A DNA stretch of 64,000 nt from Minisyncoccia bacterium. Its GTDB lineage: Bacteria; Patescibacteriota; Minisyncoccia; Phycocordibacterales; PALSA-1337. Both the position numbers and the translations under genes were made by a program. The first letter of the stretch is position 1; each line of letters starts with the position of its first letter. The notes under the pieces are model-generated. The model saw nothing but the letters and a program-made list of their open reading frames with translations. It did no database searches and was not told where the DNA came from. The stretch covers positions 1,766 to 65,765 of the forward strand of contig JBIIIW010000001.1 in the NCBI GenBank assembly GCA_044234345.1, read 5' to 3'. Shown here one piece after another: positions 27,805-37,450 of this stretch.

Positions 27805-28461
27805 TCAGAACCAGGAGAAATATACTTTGACTGGTTTGAATTGCAACCCTAACCGATCTCCGAAACACAGGATTGTAGTCAAATGCATACCCCTTGCAAT
27901 CGTGTGCTCGTGACTATCAGCACGCCCAGTATTCTCCAGTAGCTTGATCCACCGTATCAGTTTTCTTAAGGAATCATACTCAAAATGTTCCAATAGTTTG
28001 TTTTCATTTAAGCTACTGTGGTATCCCATTATTACCCCAGCATGACCTTCTGGTTCCATTCTCATTACGGATATCGAGGAGTCATGCCTCGTATTCACCA
28101 CCTCACAGTATTCACGAAAGTGGCGACAGAAATAATTCCAGTAATACGCATCCTGACTCACAGGTCTATTGAAAGCCAGTAGAAGTGATGTGATGATGGT
28201 CAATGCCCCTGTTCCGAGGTAAGGCCACCTTAACACATCTTCATTGTCCCTGAAAACTACCAACACGCTGAGTGCACCAATAAAGGTGATCAATGATAAA
28301 ACGAAACATGCGAATAGCATTTTGTAATGCTCCTTCCTGGTCAGGAATTCATCAGTCTTCCTAAGGATTGACTCAATGTCCTTACCCTCCTTGCCTTCGA
28401 TTTCTAACGTTCGCTTCAGCCACAACGCGAACAGGTCGCGCACCGCTTTGTTGTTCTTCAT
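27805..28461 (-). CDS. hypothetical membrane protein (2 TM), GC-rich
   Basis: 218 aa. Two TM helices (MLFACFVLSLITFIGALSVLVVF, GTGALTIITSLLLAF) and a C-terminal His-rich soluble domain. Confidence 0.5.
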   Translation of the reverse strand: MKNNKAVRDLFALWLKRTLEIEGKEGKDIESILRKTDEFLTRKEHYKMLFACFVLSLITFIGALSVLVVFRDNEDVLRWPYLGTGALTIITSLLLAFNRPVSQDAYYWNYFCRHFREYCEVVNTRHDSSISVMRMEPEGHAGVIMGYHSSLNENKLLEHFEYDSLRKLIRWIKLLENTGRADSHEHTIARGMHLTTILCFGDRLGLQFKPVKVYFSWF

Positions 28462-28653
28462 ATGTCAACGAACCAACTTAGTCAAAATCAGAGGATGGGG
28501 TTTCATACCCACTTTCTAGAACTTTCGATCCTAGAGAGTACTTCATTTACTCCGTGAATAGCTGACTAATCTATCCTACATAACTATATACCATATTTAT
28601 TGATTTGTCAATACTAATAAACATAGCTTATGTTGGGTGTTTTAGTTACAAAA

Positions 28654-28675
28654 AAGACCGATCGGTATCGGTCTT
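28654..28675 (-). terminator. intrinsic terminator after rpsI
   Basis: aagaccgatcggtatcggtctt with a U-run on the minus strand. Confidence 0.7.
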
Positions 28676-28683
28676 TTTTGCTG

Positions 28684-29097
28684 CTATCTCTTACTCCACT
28701 GTGGACTCTTTCTCGCTTTCTTGAATCCGAACTTACGTCTTTCCTTTGCTCTAGGATCACGCTTAAGCATTCCTGCCTTCTTCAATCCTGTTCTTAGTTC
28801 CTTGTCATATTCGATAAGGGCACGAGCGATACCATGTCTTACAGCATCAGCTTGTCCCGCAATACCTCCTCCCTTTGCAACTACAGTGATCTTAAACTTA
28901 GTTTCTGTAAGTTTAGACTCCTTTAGAGACTCCTGAGCCATAAGTTGAAGTTCCTTTGTTGGGAAGTACTCTTCTACTGTCTTACCATTAATATCATATG
29001 AAGTCTTTGAACTTGGAGTAATTCTTACACGAGCAGAAGCAGTCTTTCTACGACCGATAGCTTCAATGTATTTATCTGTTGTTTTAATTGCTGTCAT
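28684..29097 (-). CDS. rpsI: 30S ribosomal protein S9
   Basis: GRRKTASARVRI...GGGIAGQADAVRHGIARAL...KARKSPQWSKR. Confidence 0.9.
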   Translation of the reverse strand: MTAIKTTDKYIEAIGRRKTASARVRITPSSKTSYDINGKTVEEYFPTKELQLMAQESLKESKLTETKFKITVVAKGGGIAGQADAVRHGIARALIEYDKELRTGLKKAGMLKRDPRAKERRKFGFKKARKSPQWSKR

Positions 29098-29102
29098 ATA
29101 TA

Positions 29103-29447
29103 TTATTCTGTAATTGTTAAATTCTTCATTATCTGCTTTCGTAGAGTGTTTGAAGGAAGCATTCTGTATACTGCTCTCTCAAAAACTTCACTTGTACCCT
29201 TACGAGCGATAAGATGCTCTAGAGTCTCTGTGAATAGTCCACCTCTAAATCCTGTGAATGTAACGTAGTTCTTCTCTTTAAGCTTCTTAATATCAAAACT
29301 AGCCTTACTTGTGTTAATTATTGAAACCTTAACATCAGATACCTTGTTTCTAGAAAAACTTACTGAACTCTTACCATTAAGAAGAGCTGCAGCTTCACTA
29401 GCTACTCGTCCCAACTTCTTTCCTTGTGCATCTATAGTGTAATTCAT
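29103..29447 (-). CDS. rplM: 50S ribosomal protein L13 (short form)
   Basis: IDAQGKKLGRVASEAAALLNGK...GFRGG...ERAVYRMLP. Confidence 0.85.
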   Translation of the reverse strand: MNYTIDAQGKKLGRVASEAAALLNGKSSVSFSRNKVSDVKVSIINTSKASFDIKKLKEKNYVTFTGFRGGLFTETLEHLIARKGTSEVFERAVYRMLPSNTLRKQIMKNLTITE

Positions 29448-29458
29448 GTTATTTAATA

Positions 29459-29809
29459 TTATACAAATTCAATCATAGCCATAGGAGCTGCGTCAAGCTT
29501 TCTTGGTGCTAGTTTAATAATTCTAGTATATCCTCCCTTTCTGTCAGCATACTTCTTAGCAAGGTTATCAACAAGAACCTTAACCTCTCTTTCTCCATCA
29601 ATCTTTGAGATTAATACTCTTCTTGAAGCAAGAGTATTAAGTTTAGCCTTAGTAACTAGCTTCTCTACGTATGGTCTAAGCTCCTTAGCCTTAGCTAGAG
29701 TAGTCTTAATCTTGTTTTCATTTATGAGATTTCGCGCAAGAGAACGCATCAAAGCGTTTCTTTGATCCTTCTCTAAACCGAATTTTCTTGTAACTGAATG
29801 ATGTCTCAT
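29459..29809 (-). CDS. rplQ: 50S ribosomal protein L17
   Basis: MRHHSVTRKFGLEKDQRNALMRSLARNLI...GGYTRIIKLAPR. Confidence 0.9.
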   Translation of the reverse strand: MRHHSVTRKFGLEKDQRNALMRSLARNLINENKIKTTLAKAKELRPYVEKLVTKAKLNTLASRRVLISKIDGEREVKVLVDNLAKKYADRKGGYTRIIKLAPRKLDAAPMAMIEFV

Positions 29810-29826
29810 AAAATTTAATTAATTTA

Positions 29827-30792
29827 TTACTTTAATGTTATACCATACTGTGAAAGCACTTTCTTGATTTCCTGTATTCCCTTACTTCCCAATCCTTCGA
29901 TATCAAGAATATCAACTTCCTTCTTTCTTGCAAGACCACCTATTGTTCTGATGTTTGCACTTGTAAGAGCCTTAGCTGTTCTTGGAGAGAATCCAATAGC
30001 ATCTATGCGTGTCTTTAGGAACTCAACATCTAGCTCTTGCTTAGGAGCAGATTCTGAGTCTGAAGAAGTCTCTGACTTTGTCTCCTCAACTACTTCCTCT
30101 TCCTTGAATCCAACAATTGCCTTAAGCTGCATGATCATAAGAGCAATTGAACTTTCTAGAGCTTCGTTAGGAGTTAGAGTTCCGTCAGTCTCGATAGTTA
30201 GTCTCAAACGATTAAAGTCTGTTCTGTCTCCAACACGCATGTTCTCAACTTCGTAGTTAACCTTCTTGATTGGAGTAAATGTTGCATCAAGAGAGATTGT
30301 ACCAATATCAACACGGTCCTTTGTAATGATTTCCTTTGAAACATATCCAAGTCCCTTCTCAACAGTTAGTTCTATATCAACATCTGAACTCTTGTCTGTA
30401 AGAGTAGCTAGGTGTAGCTCAGGGTTTAGTATCTCTACTTGTCCAGGTACTTCTATATCCTTAGCAGTTAGTGTCTTAACACCCTTAGCCTTTAGAACTA
30501 TAGTCTGAGGTTCATCTGTAATTAGCTTGATTCTTAGCTTCTTGAAGTTAAGAATTAGAGCGATAACATCCTCTTTAACTCCATCAATTGATGAAAATTC
30601 GTGTTCAACACCCTTAATTTTAATACGTGTAATAGCTGCTCCAGGTAGAGAAGAAAGGATAATACGTCTTAGAGAGTTACCAAGAGTATGACCATATCCA
30701 GGATATAGACCGTCTATTTCATAAGTACCACTAAAACCTTCCTCGCGGATTATCTTTGGCTTTGATGGAACAATTATTGAATGATTTGACAT
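29827..30792 (-). CDS. rpoA: DNA-directed RNA polymerase alpha subunit
   Basis: GYGHTLGNSLRRILLSSLPG, an NTD and a CTD (LGSKGIQEIKKVL). 321 aa. Confidence 0.95.
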   Translation of the reverse strand: MSNHSIIVPSKPKIIREEGFSGTYEIDGLYPGYGHTLGNSLRRIILSSLPGAAITRIKIKGVEHEFSSIDGVKEDVIALILNFKKLRIKLITDEPQTIVLKAKGVKTLTAKDIEVPGQVEILNPELHLATLTDKSSDVDIELTVEKGLGYVSKEIITKDRVDIGTISLDATFTPIKKVNYEVENMRVGDRTDFNRLRLTIETDGTLTPNEALESSIALMIMQLKAIVGFKEEEVVEETKSETSSDSESAPKQELDVEFLKTRIDAIGFSPRTAKALTSANIRTIGGLARKKEVDILDIEGLGSKGIQEIKKVLSQYGITLK

Positions 30793-30831
30793 ATATTTTT
30801 TATTAAAATTATTTTATACTCTGATAAGCTA

Positions 30832-31443
30832 TTAACGACTATAAAATTCCAATACTGCTCCGACATTAAACTGTAATTCAGAAGGTGCTACATTCGGTAT
30901 TCCAGCAATCTCGACTTCTTTCTTGTCGAAATTGAGCTTTAGCCAAGCAGGAATCTTAACTGTTTTTAGTCTTTCATCAAGAGTGTTGAATAGAGCTTTC
31001 TTCTTACTTCCTTCTCTAATACCTACGATATCTCCTACCTTAACCTGGTATGAAGGGATAGTTACTATCTTTCCATTAATTGTAAGATGACCATGAGATG
31101 TCATTTGGCGAGCAGCTTGTCTTGTTGTAGCAAAACCAGCACGTAGAGCAACGTTATCAAAACGTCCTTCTAGTAGGTGTATTAGAAGATCACTAGAGTT
31201 ACCCTTTGTCTCTGTAGCCTTAGCAACGTAGTTACCAAATTGCTTACTTGTAACACCGTAACTGTATCTAGCCTTCTGCTTTTCGATAAGACCTAGTCCG
31301 TAATCACTTCTTGTCTTAGGCTTAGATGACTTTCCAGCCATTTTCTTTTGCTCACTTCTTACAGCAAATTTCTGAGTTTGAGTTTTCTCAAATACTGGTG
31401 CTCCTAGTCTTCTTGCAATTTTATATCTTGGTCCAATTTTCAT
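30832..31443 (-). CDS. rpsD: 30S ribosomal protein S4
   Basis: [14 protein letters not shown]... and an S4 RNA-binding domain ([34 protein letters not shown]). Confidence 0.9.
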   Translation of the reverse strand: [203 protein letters not shown]

Positions 31444-31455
31444 AAAAATAATATA

Positions 31456-31881
31456 TTATACTCTTCTTGGCTTCTTTGCCTGAGGCCCATTATGAGGAAC
31501 AGGTGTCTCATCCTTTATAGATGAAATAGTTACTCCTCTTGAAATAAAACCACGGATAGCTGACTCACGACCTGATCCAACTCCCTTAACTACCACGTTA
31601 ATATCCTTAAGGCCAAGTGCCTCTGCCTTTAGAGCTAGAGTCTCTCCTACCTTAGCAGCTGCGAAAGGAGTACCTTTCTTGGCTCCCTTAAAACCTAGAG
31701 TACCACATGAAGACCAGATAACAGCGTTACCATCGTTATCAGTTAGAAGAACCTTAGTGTTATTGTATGTAGATTGAACGTACAATATACCAGAATCAAG
31801 TCTCTTTTTTGAAGAGCTTGTAGGTTTTGAAACTTTCTCCTTTGTTTCTCCCTCAGATTTTACTATTTTTTTCTTTTCCAT
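31456..31881 (-). CDS. rpsK: 30S ribosomal protein S11
   Basis: GILYVQSTYNNTKVLLTDNDGNAVIWSSCGTLGFKGAKKGTPFAAA. Confidence 0.9.
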   Translation of the reverse strand: MEKKKIVKSEGETKEKVSKPTSSSKKRLDSGILYVQSTYNNTKVLLTDNDGNAVIWSSCGTLGFKGAKKGTPFAAAKVGETLALKAEALGLKDINVVVKGVGSGRESAIRGFISRGVTISSIKDETPVPHNGPQAKKPRRV

Positions 31882-31898
31882 ATTTTTATATCAGTATT

Positions 31899-32279
31899 TT
31901 ATTTCTTCTCTTCCTTCTTTCTACCTGAACCCATAGTTTTTCTGATGTTTCCTCTTACAGTTCGAGAGTTTGTCTTTGTTCTCTGTCCCCTTACTGGTAG
32001 ATGTCTCATATGGCGAGTACCTCTGTATGTCTTTATATCCTTATGTCTCTTGATGTTAGAAGCTACTTCACGCTTTAGGTCTCCTTCAATCTTGAAAGTC
32101 TCAATGATCTTTCTAATCTCGTTTTCTTGATCAACTGTTAGAGCTTTAGGATCAGTATCAACTGGAACCTTAGCATCCTTAAGGATCTTAAGAGCGCGTG
32201 CACGTCCTACACCGTAAAGAACAGTAAGACCTATGTCTAATCTTTTTGTATCTGGAATTGTTATACCTAGTATTCTCAT
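31899..32279 (-). CDS. rpsM: 30S ribosomal protein S13
   Basis: MRILGITIPDTKRLDIGLTVLYGVGRARALKIL. Confidence 0.9.
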   Translation of the reverse strand: MRILGITIPDTKRLDIGLTVLYGVGRARALKILKDAKVPVDTDPKALTVDQENEIRKIIETFKIEGDLKREVASNIKRHKDIKTYRGTRHMRHLPVRGQRTKTNSRTVRGNIRKTMGSGRKKEEKK

Positions 32280-32291
32280 AGTATTTTAAAA

Positions 32292-32408
32292 TTAACCTTG
32301 TCTTTGCTTATGTCTCGGATTCGACTTACATATAACGTAAACATAGCCCTTTCTACGAACGGTTTTGCACTTTGGACAAATTTTCTTTACTGATGCCTTT
32401 ACCTTCAT
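32292..32408 (-). CDS. rpmJ: 50S ribosomal protein L36
   Basis: Hand-translated 38-aa minus [41 protein letters not shown] with a C-x2-C...C-x4-H zinc ribbon. Below the ORF-track size cutoff. Confidence 0.85.
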   Translation of the reverse strand: MKVKASVKKICPKCKTVRRKGYVYVICKSNPRHKQRQG

Positions 32409-32436
32409 TTTATTAAAAATCTTTTAAGTTTTGCTA

Positions 32437-32676
32437 TTAAAATCTCTTTGTTATTCGTGCCCTACCTCCGTATGGATCCAACTCAAGTTCTACCTTGTCT
32501 CCGATAAGTACTCTTATGCGATGCATTCGCATTTTACCTGCTAGATACGCCATAATGACTTCTTCTTTACCATCGAGTGCTACTCTAAAGAGAGTATTAG
32601 GTAAAGCTTCTGTTACCACACCAAATGCAGTAGTAGTAGCCTTAACTTTGTCGTTGATATTGATCTTGGAATCCAT
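32437..32676 (-). CDS. infA: translation initiation factor IF-1
   Basis: [70 protein letters not shown]. Confidence 0.9.
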   Translation of the reverse strand: MDSKININDKVKATTTAFGVVTEALPNTLFRVALDGKEEVIMAYLAGKMRMHRIRVLIGDKVELELDPYGGRARITKRF

Positions 32677-32719
32677 TAATTTCGCGTTTACATATACTAC
32701 CAGAAGTACCCAGTAAAAG

Positions 32720-34060
32720 TCAATGCTTATACTCTATTAGTATCTTCTCTACGCTGTCTGGGAAGGATCTCATCCAAAAAGGAGTGATTAAAGTGTATGC
32801 ATTTGCTATGGCTGTATACTTAGCAAATACCGCACTACTGTCTTGGACCTTAAGCCCTCTCAATTCCTCCTTAAGCTTAGCCTCATTGAATGTTCCTGTG
32901 ATTGTAACTGGGCCTTTAAGGGTAAATATCATAGGAGTACCCTTCTTTATAGAGAAATCCTTGATATTAGAGATCTTGAATGCCAGTTCCTTGTCTCCAG
33001 ATATGTCATAGGTATCTGATGGGAACTTTTTTATCTCCTTACTAGCAATATACTTAACTAGAGAGTTGGATTTAAATATAGCACCATATGCAGTTCCCTT
33101 AACTGTGATCTCAGCGTTAGTTGCATCTTTAAATACAGGCTCAGGTGTCTCGTATTCAATGTTGTATGCAGTGTCGTATAGGATATAGTCCTTAGGAACA
33201 TTCTCATTTAGTTTAGTTACTAATTGTTCCTTAAGTAGATCCTGCATAGCAACTATCTTAGCCTTCTTCTGTGTCTCATCTATAACCATCTTGTTGCCAG
33301 AGAATCCTCCAGTGATATTTGTCTTAATTCTCGCATAGAAAGTATCATACTTAGTTGTACCCTTGTATCCAGGAAGCTTAAAGTCACCCTTTAGATCAGC
33401 TACGTTAATGTTATATTTCTCTCCTACCTGATCAGCAACGACAGCAACAGATATACTACCAGGAGTAGTCTTCTTACCAGGTACACTTACTGTAGTAGTT
33501 GTACGATATATTAGCCCTTCTGGTGTAGATATTCTAGTACCCGCCACCAATGTCTGAGCTGTTGCACTATGGTTGTTGTATATAACTACAGTTCCCTTAG
33601 CTTTAGTCTGTATTAACGGACCCTTAGTTGCTGGCATAGTCTCAACTAGAGTGTCAGATACAGTAATCGACTCATATTGCATATCAGTACTAGCTACAGT
33701 ATTACCTTTCTTAGCAGTAAATGTTCCACTAATATCAAAGTCAGCTGTTTTAGGGGTAATAGTTACTGTGGCCTTTGAGTATGAGAGAGATAGAGCTATA
33801 GCTATAACGGCAATAGATACTAAGATGATACCGAAAGTAATTAGGTATCGAGTTTTAGATACAGTTTTCTTAGCCTTTGGTTTCTTAGTAAAGATTGGTT
33901 CTACATTCTCAAATACTTCAGGTTCTTCCACTACCCTTCTTCTCTGAGGCTTAACTTCTACCTCCTCTTCATGCTTAATTGTAATATTTCTAATAGATCG
34001 CTTCTGAGAAGGAACTATATCTTGAACAACTTTTTTAGTGGAATTTTTTCTAATTGCCAT
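32720..34060 (-). CDS. hypothetical bitopic membrane protein (446 aa)
   Basis: About 70-aa basic cytoplasmic N-terminus, one TM helix ([23 protein letters not shown]), and a Thr/Lys-rich beta-rich ectodomain of about 350 aa. Confidence 0.55.
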   Translation of the reverse strand: MAIRKNSTKKVVQDIVPSQKRSIRNITIKHEEEVEVKPQRRRVVEEPEVFENVEPIFTKKPKAKKTVSKTRYLITFGIILVSIAVIAIALSLSYSKATVTITPKTADFDISGTFTAKKGNTVASTDMQYESITVSDTLVETMPATKGPLIQTKAKGTVVIYNNHSATAQTLVAGTRISTPEGLIYRTTTTVSVPGKKTTPGSISVAVVADQVGEKYNINVADLKGDFKLPGYKGTTKYDTFYARIKTNITGGFSGNKMVIDETQKKAKIVAMQDLLKEQLVTKLNENVPKDYILYDTAYNIEYETPEPVFKDATNAEITVKGTAYGAIFKSNSLVKYIASKEIKKFPSDTYDISGDKELAFKISNIKDFSIKKGTPMIFTLKGPVTITGTFNEAKLKEELRGLKVQDSSAVFAKYTAIANAYTLITPFWMRSFPDSVEKILIEYKH

Positions 34061-34071
34061 AATCCTAAATA

Positions 34072-35181
34072 TTATAACACATCATGCAATGCAATTGCAT
34101 ACATTTTTACCATGTTGCTAGTATTTGCATACTTATCGAATACAACATTGCTATCCACCTTGATTAAATCGTGTTCAACGATGTTTAGAGTAATTTTCTT
34201 TAGAATACTTTCTTTAAATATATTGAAGTATCCATGTGCTGCCAGGTATACAGTTTTAGGAATATTAGATTCATTAATATTAATTGCTGATACTAGTGAT
34301 GATGTCCATTCTTCCATTATTGGATCTATTATCTTACCAAGTCTTGTCATCTCTGATTCACTTAATTTACCATCTTGGTAGAGGCTTAGGGTTGATTTTA
34401 ATGCTTCTAGATCATGATTAGTTGAGTTGGATAGCTTGTTAAGTATGGTATTTATACCAATTGGATAGCTACCAATGGTCTTACATTGCCCGCTCTTAAC
34501 TACAACAAAGTCTGTTAACTCGCTATGAGTATGTATATATGTATATTCAATGCTGTCAGTAAATATGTTTCGTAGAGCGACGAATTGTAATAGCGAAGCG
34601 GAGTTATATGTGTACTTCTTAGATGTTAAGTGATGTTTAACTGTATCATCCAGTCTACTTATATATTCCTTAGATGCTACCGAACTTGCTACAGATATCT
34701 CTACTGAATGTGCTCTCTTGTTATCGAAATTAGTTGCAACGTAACCGTTTAGCTTAACCTCAAATATCTTCCTATCAATCACAGTTGAATCAGATCCTCC
34801 ACCCTTCTTAAACTCATCATTGATTATCCCCTCAATCAAGTCATTACTAATATCCGTATCCACCCCATACTCGTTCTTTATGGTCTTAATCTTTGAGAAT
34901 ACCCATGGAGAGGATAGTACATAGTTAATGCTATTAATTGTCTTACCAGAAATGTCCTTTGAAATACTGGACACAACTTGATCTACAAGCTTCAAGCTAT
35001 CCTTAGTTAGATGTACCGCATCCTTATGTCTTCTACCAGTACTAGTTTTAGTTACGACTAATGATACATGTAGTTTACCCAGTTCATCCTTCTCTATTAC
35101 TGATCCACGTACTAATCCACTTTGAATATCTAGAATGATATTAAAACTTCTCTTTGAACTATTATTAAAAAGCGAGAACAT
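34072..35181 (-). CDS. hypothetical protein; N-terminus weakly resembles the actin-like ATPase phosphate-1 motif (FtsA/PilM-like?)
   Basis: FNIILDIQSGLVRGSVIEKDELG fits the hhhLDIGT/SxxhKhhhxE pattern of the FtsA/PilM/MreB folds. Other motifs could not be confirmed by eye. Confidence 0.5.
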   Translation of the reverse strand: MFSLFNNSSKRSFNIILDIQSGLVRGSVIEKDELGKLHVSLVVTKTSTGRRHKDAVHLTKDSLKLVDQVVSSISKDISGKTINSINYVLSSPWVFSKIKTIKNEYGVDTDISNDLIEGIINDEFKKGGGSDSTVIDRKIFEVKLNGYVATNFDNKRAHSVEISVASSVASKEYISRLDDTVKHHLTSKKYTYNSASLLQFVALRNIFTDSIEYTYIHTHSELTDFVVVKSGQCKTIGSYPIGINTILNKLSNSTNHDLEALKSTLSLYQDGKLSESEMTRLGKIIDPIMEEWTSSLVSAININESNIPKTVYLAAHGYFNIFKESILKKITLNIVEHDLIKVDSNVVFDKYANTSNMVKMYAIALHDVL

Positions 35182-35232
35182 AGTGTAGATATTATATCAT
35201 CTATGTGGTTATGTTGCGTGTGGAAAAAGAAA

Positions 35233-35255
35233 AGCGGCCGTGTGCAACGGCCGCT
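35233..35255 (-). terminator. intrinsic terminator after the zinc-ribbon gene
   Basis: agcggccgtgtgcaacggccgct with a U-run on the minus strand. Confidence 0.65.
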
Positions 35256-35270
35256 AATGCGTGGACAGCA

Positions 35271-35552
35271 TTATTTCTTTACTGTTGGTTCATCCACAAT
35301 AAAACTCATTCCACTTAGATTCCAGTTTAATTTACATTTAGGACAGTGGTTTGCGTGGTGGAAATAATATCCACCAGGACGGTGTTCATCACGTTTACGA
35401 ACATCGATGGTCTTAGTCCAGAAATTGTTACATTTAGGACAGCGTCCACACATGAGTGAGATAAAAAACCTAATCATGATGAAGACAGCGACAGCCGTGA
35501 AAACAATGATAGTTAATGTGGGGACCATATCTGTTAGAGTGTTCTCTCCCAA
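35271..35552 (-). CDS. small membrane protein with C-terminal zinc-ribbon
   Basis: 93 aa with a TM helix (LTIIVFTAVAVFIMIRFFISL) and CGRCPKC...HCPKC. Confidence 0.45.
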   Translation of the reverse strand: MGENTLTDMVPTLTIIVFTAVAVFIMIRFFISLMCGRCPKCNNFWTKTIDVRKRDEHRPGGYYFHHANHCPKCKLNWNLSGMSFIVDEPTVKK

Positions 35553-35608
35553 CCCTGAAGGAGGTGTTTGTTTAGGGTTACTTTTAAAAGTATACTACAT
35601 CTTATGAG

Positions 35609-37399
35609 CTATGTCAACACTGCCTTTATCCTCCTCACTCCTTGAGAACTAGCTTCCTCCTTCTGTATCTTAAATACTCCAAGCTCTGAAGTATTCTTAA
35701 CATGTGGACCTCCACAGAATTCTTTAGAGTATGCAGTTTCTAGGGAATTACCGATAAAGTATATTGATACTTCATCTCCATACTTCTCTCCGAAGAAATG
35801 TCTTGCTCCAGTCTTAAGAGCTTCTTCTTTCGGAAGAACTACATTCTGCATTGGCAATGCTTGCTTGATCTTCTCATTAACTATATCCTCTACCTTCTTC
35901 TTTTCTTCATCCGTCATCTTCTTGTTGTACGAGAAATCAAATCTTAATCTCTCAGCCGTTATATTAGATCCCTTCTGCCCTACTCCTTCCCCAAGTACAT
36001 CATGTAGTGCCTGGTGTAGTAGGTGGGTCGCTGTATGGTACTTAATCACCATAGGATTAGTATCATCTGCTAGTCCTCCTTTAAACTTCTGTTCTGCTCC
36101 GGATCTAGATAGTTCTTGATGCTTCTTGAACTCCTCATTGTATTTTTCAATATCAACTGTAATACCCTTCTCTTTCGATAGTTCAAGTGTTAACTCTATA
36201 GGAAAACCATAACTTGAGAACAGGGTAAATGCATCTGTACCTTTATCGAATTCCTTAAGCCCCTTCTCAAGTGTCTTTCTAAACTTCTCCTCCTCCTGAT
36301 TAATCTCATTTCTAATATATTCAAGTTTGTCTTGTATGATTGGATATGAGTCCTTGTATGTATTTGCAAAGATATTAACTAAATCCTTTAGTGTATTCTC
36401 TTGTACCCCTAACCTATTAGCATTAACTATAGCTCGTCTCAATAGTCTTCGTAGTATGTATCCTCTATCAGTATTAGATGGAGTAACTCCGTCTGTGATC
36501 AGGAATACAGATGCACGAATATGATCAGCAACAATTCTTGCGGACTTTAGATCAAAGTTCTTAGATACAGAAGATATCTTCTCCATTACTGGTTTGAATA
36601 GGTCGGTATCATATATATTGTCTACTCCTTGTAGAGTCATAGTAAGTCTCTCCAATCCAGCACCTGTATCTACTGAAGGTTTAGGTAAGGTACCGACTAT
36701 AGCTCCATCCTTCTTCTCATATTGCATGAATACATCATTCCATACCTCAACAACAGTTCTCTCATCATCTGCCTTAACATATTCTTCATGAGTTAGTCCT
36801 CTGCCTCCAAATGTATTTGATATATCGTAGAACATCTCCGTATCTGGTCCACAAGGTCCATTGTCTCCAGCCTCCCACCAGTTATTCTTCGCAGGGAGGT
36901 AGTATAGTCTGTTACCTTCAATACCATTTCTCTTGAATATATCCTTCCAGATGTTCGCAGCTTCTTCATCACGAGGAGCTATGCTATCTCCTTCAAATAC
37001 AGTTACATATAGTCTGTTAGGATCAAGTCCTAATCCTTCTTCTTTGTTTGTTAAGAATTCAAAACTCCATTCTATAGCGTCTTTTTTGAAATAGTCACCA
37101 AGAGACCAGTTACCAAGCATTTCAAAGAATGTAGCATGTGTCTTGTCTCCAATATCATCTATATCAACAGTACGAAGACATTTCTGTGTATCAACTAATC
37201 TAGTTCCGTTTGGATGAGTCTTACCAAGTAGGTATGGCACTAGAGGTTGCATACCTGCAGTATTAAAAAGTGTTGAATTAGTTATTCCCTTCTCATCTGT
37301 TGTTACAAGAGATGCTGAAGGTATGACAACATGCCCTCTCTTCTCGAAGAATTTAAGGAATCTAGATCTTATATCGCTACTTGTTAACTTTGGGTTCAT
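35609..37399 (-). CDS. alaS: alanyl-tRNA synthetase, truncated form without the C-Ala domain
   Basis: The N-terminal catalytic domain (FLKFFEKRGHVVIPSASLV...FFEMLGNWSLGDYFK) and the editing domain HxxxH/CxxxH (HTATHLLHQALHDVLG, CGGPHV) are present. Only 596 aa. Confidence 0.9.
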   Translation of the reverse strand: MNPKLTSSDIRSRFLKFFEKRGHVVIPSASLVTTDEKGITNSTLFNTAGMQPLVPYLLGKTHPNGTRLVDTQKCLRTVDIDDIGDKTHATFFEMLGNWSLGDYFKKDAIEWSFEFLTNKEEGLGLDPNRLYVTVFEGDSIAPRDEEAANIWKDIFKRNGIEGNRLYYLPAKNNWWEAGDNGPCGPDTEMFYDISNTFGGRGLTHEEYVKADDERTVVEVWNDVFMQYEKKDGAIVGTLPKPSVDTGAGLERLTMTLQGVDNIYDTDLFKPVMEKISSVSKNFDLKSARIVADHIRASVFLITDGVTPSNTDRGYILRRLLRRAIVNANRLGVQENTLKDLVNIFANTYKDSYPIIQDKLEYIRNEINQEEEKFRKTLEKGLKEFDKGTDAFTLFSSYGFPIELTLELSKEKGITVDIEKYNEEFKKHQELSRSGAEQKFKGGLADDTNPMVIKYHTATHLLHQALHDVLGEGVGQKGSNITAERLRFDFSYNKKMTDEEKKKVEDIVNEKIKQALPMQNVVLPKEEALKTGARHFFGEKYGDEVSIYFIGNSLETAYSKEFCGGPHVKNTSELGVFKIQKEEASSQGVRRIKAVLT

Positions 37400-37450
37400 G
37401 GAAAGAGTTTAGCATAAAATTAGGGGAAAATGAAAATACATTGCGTCAAC

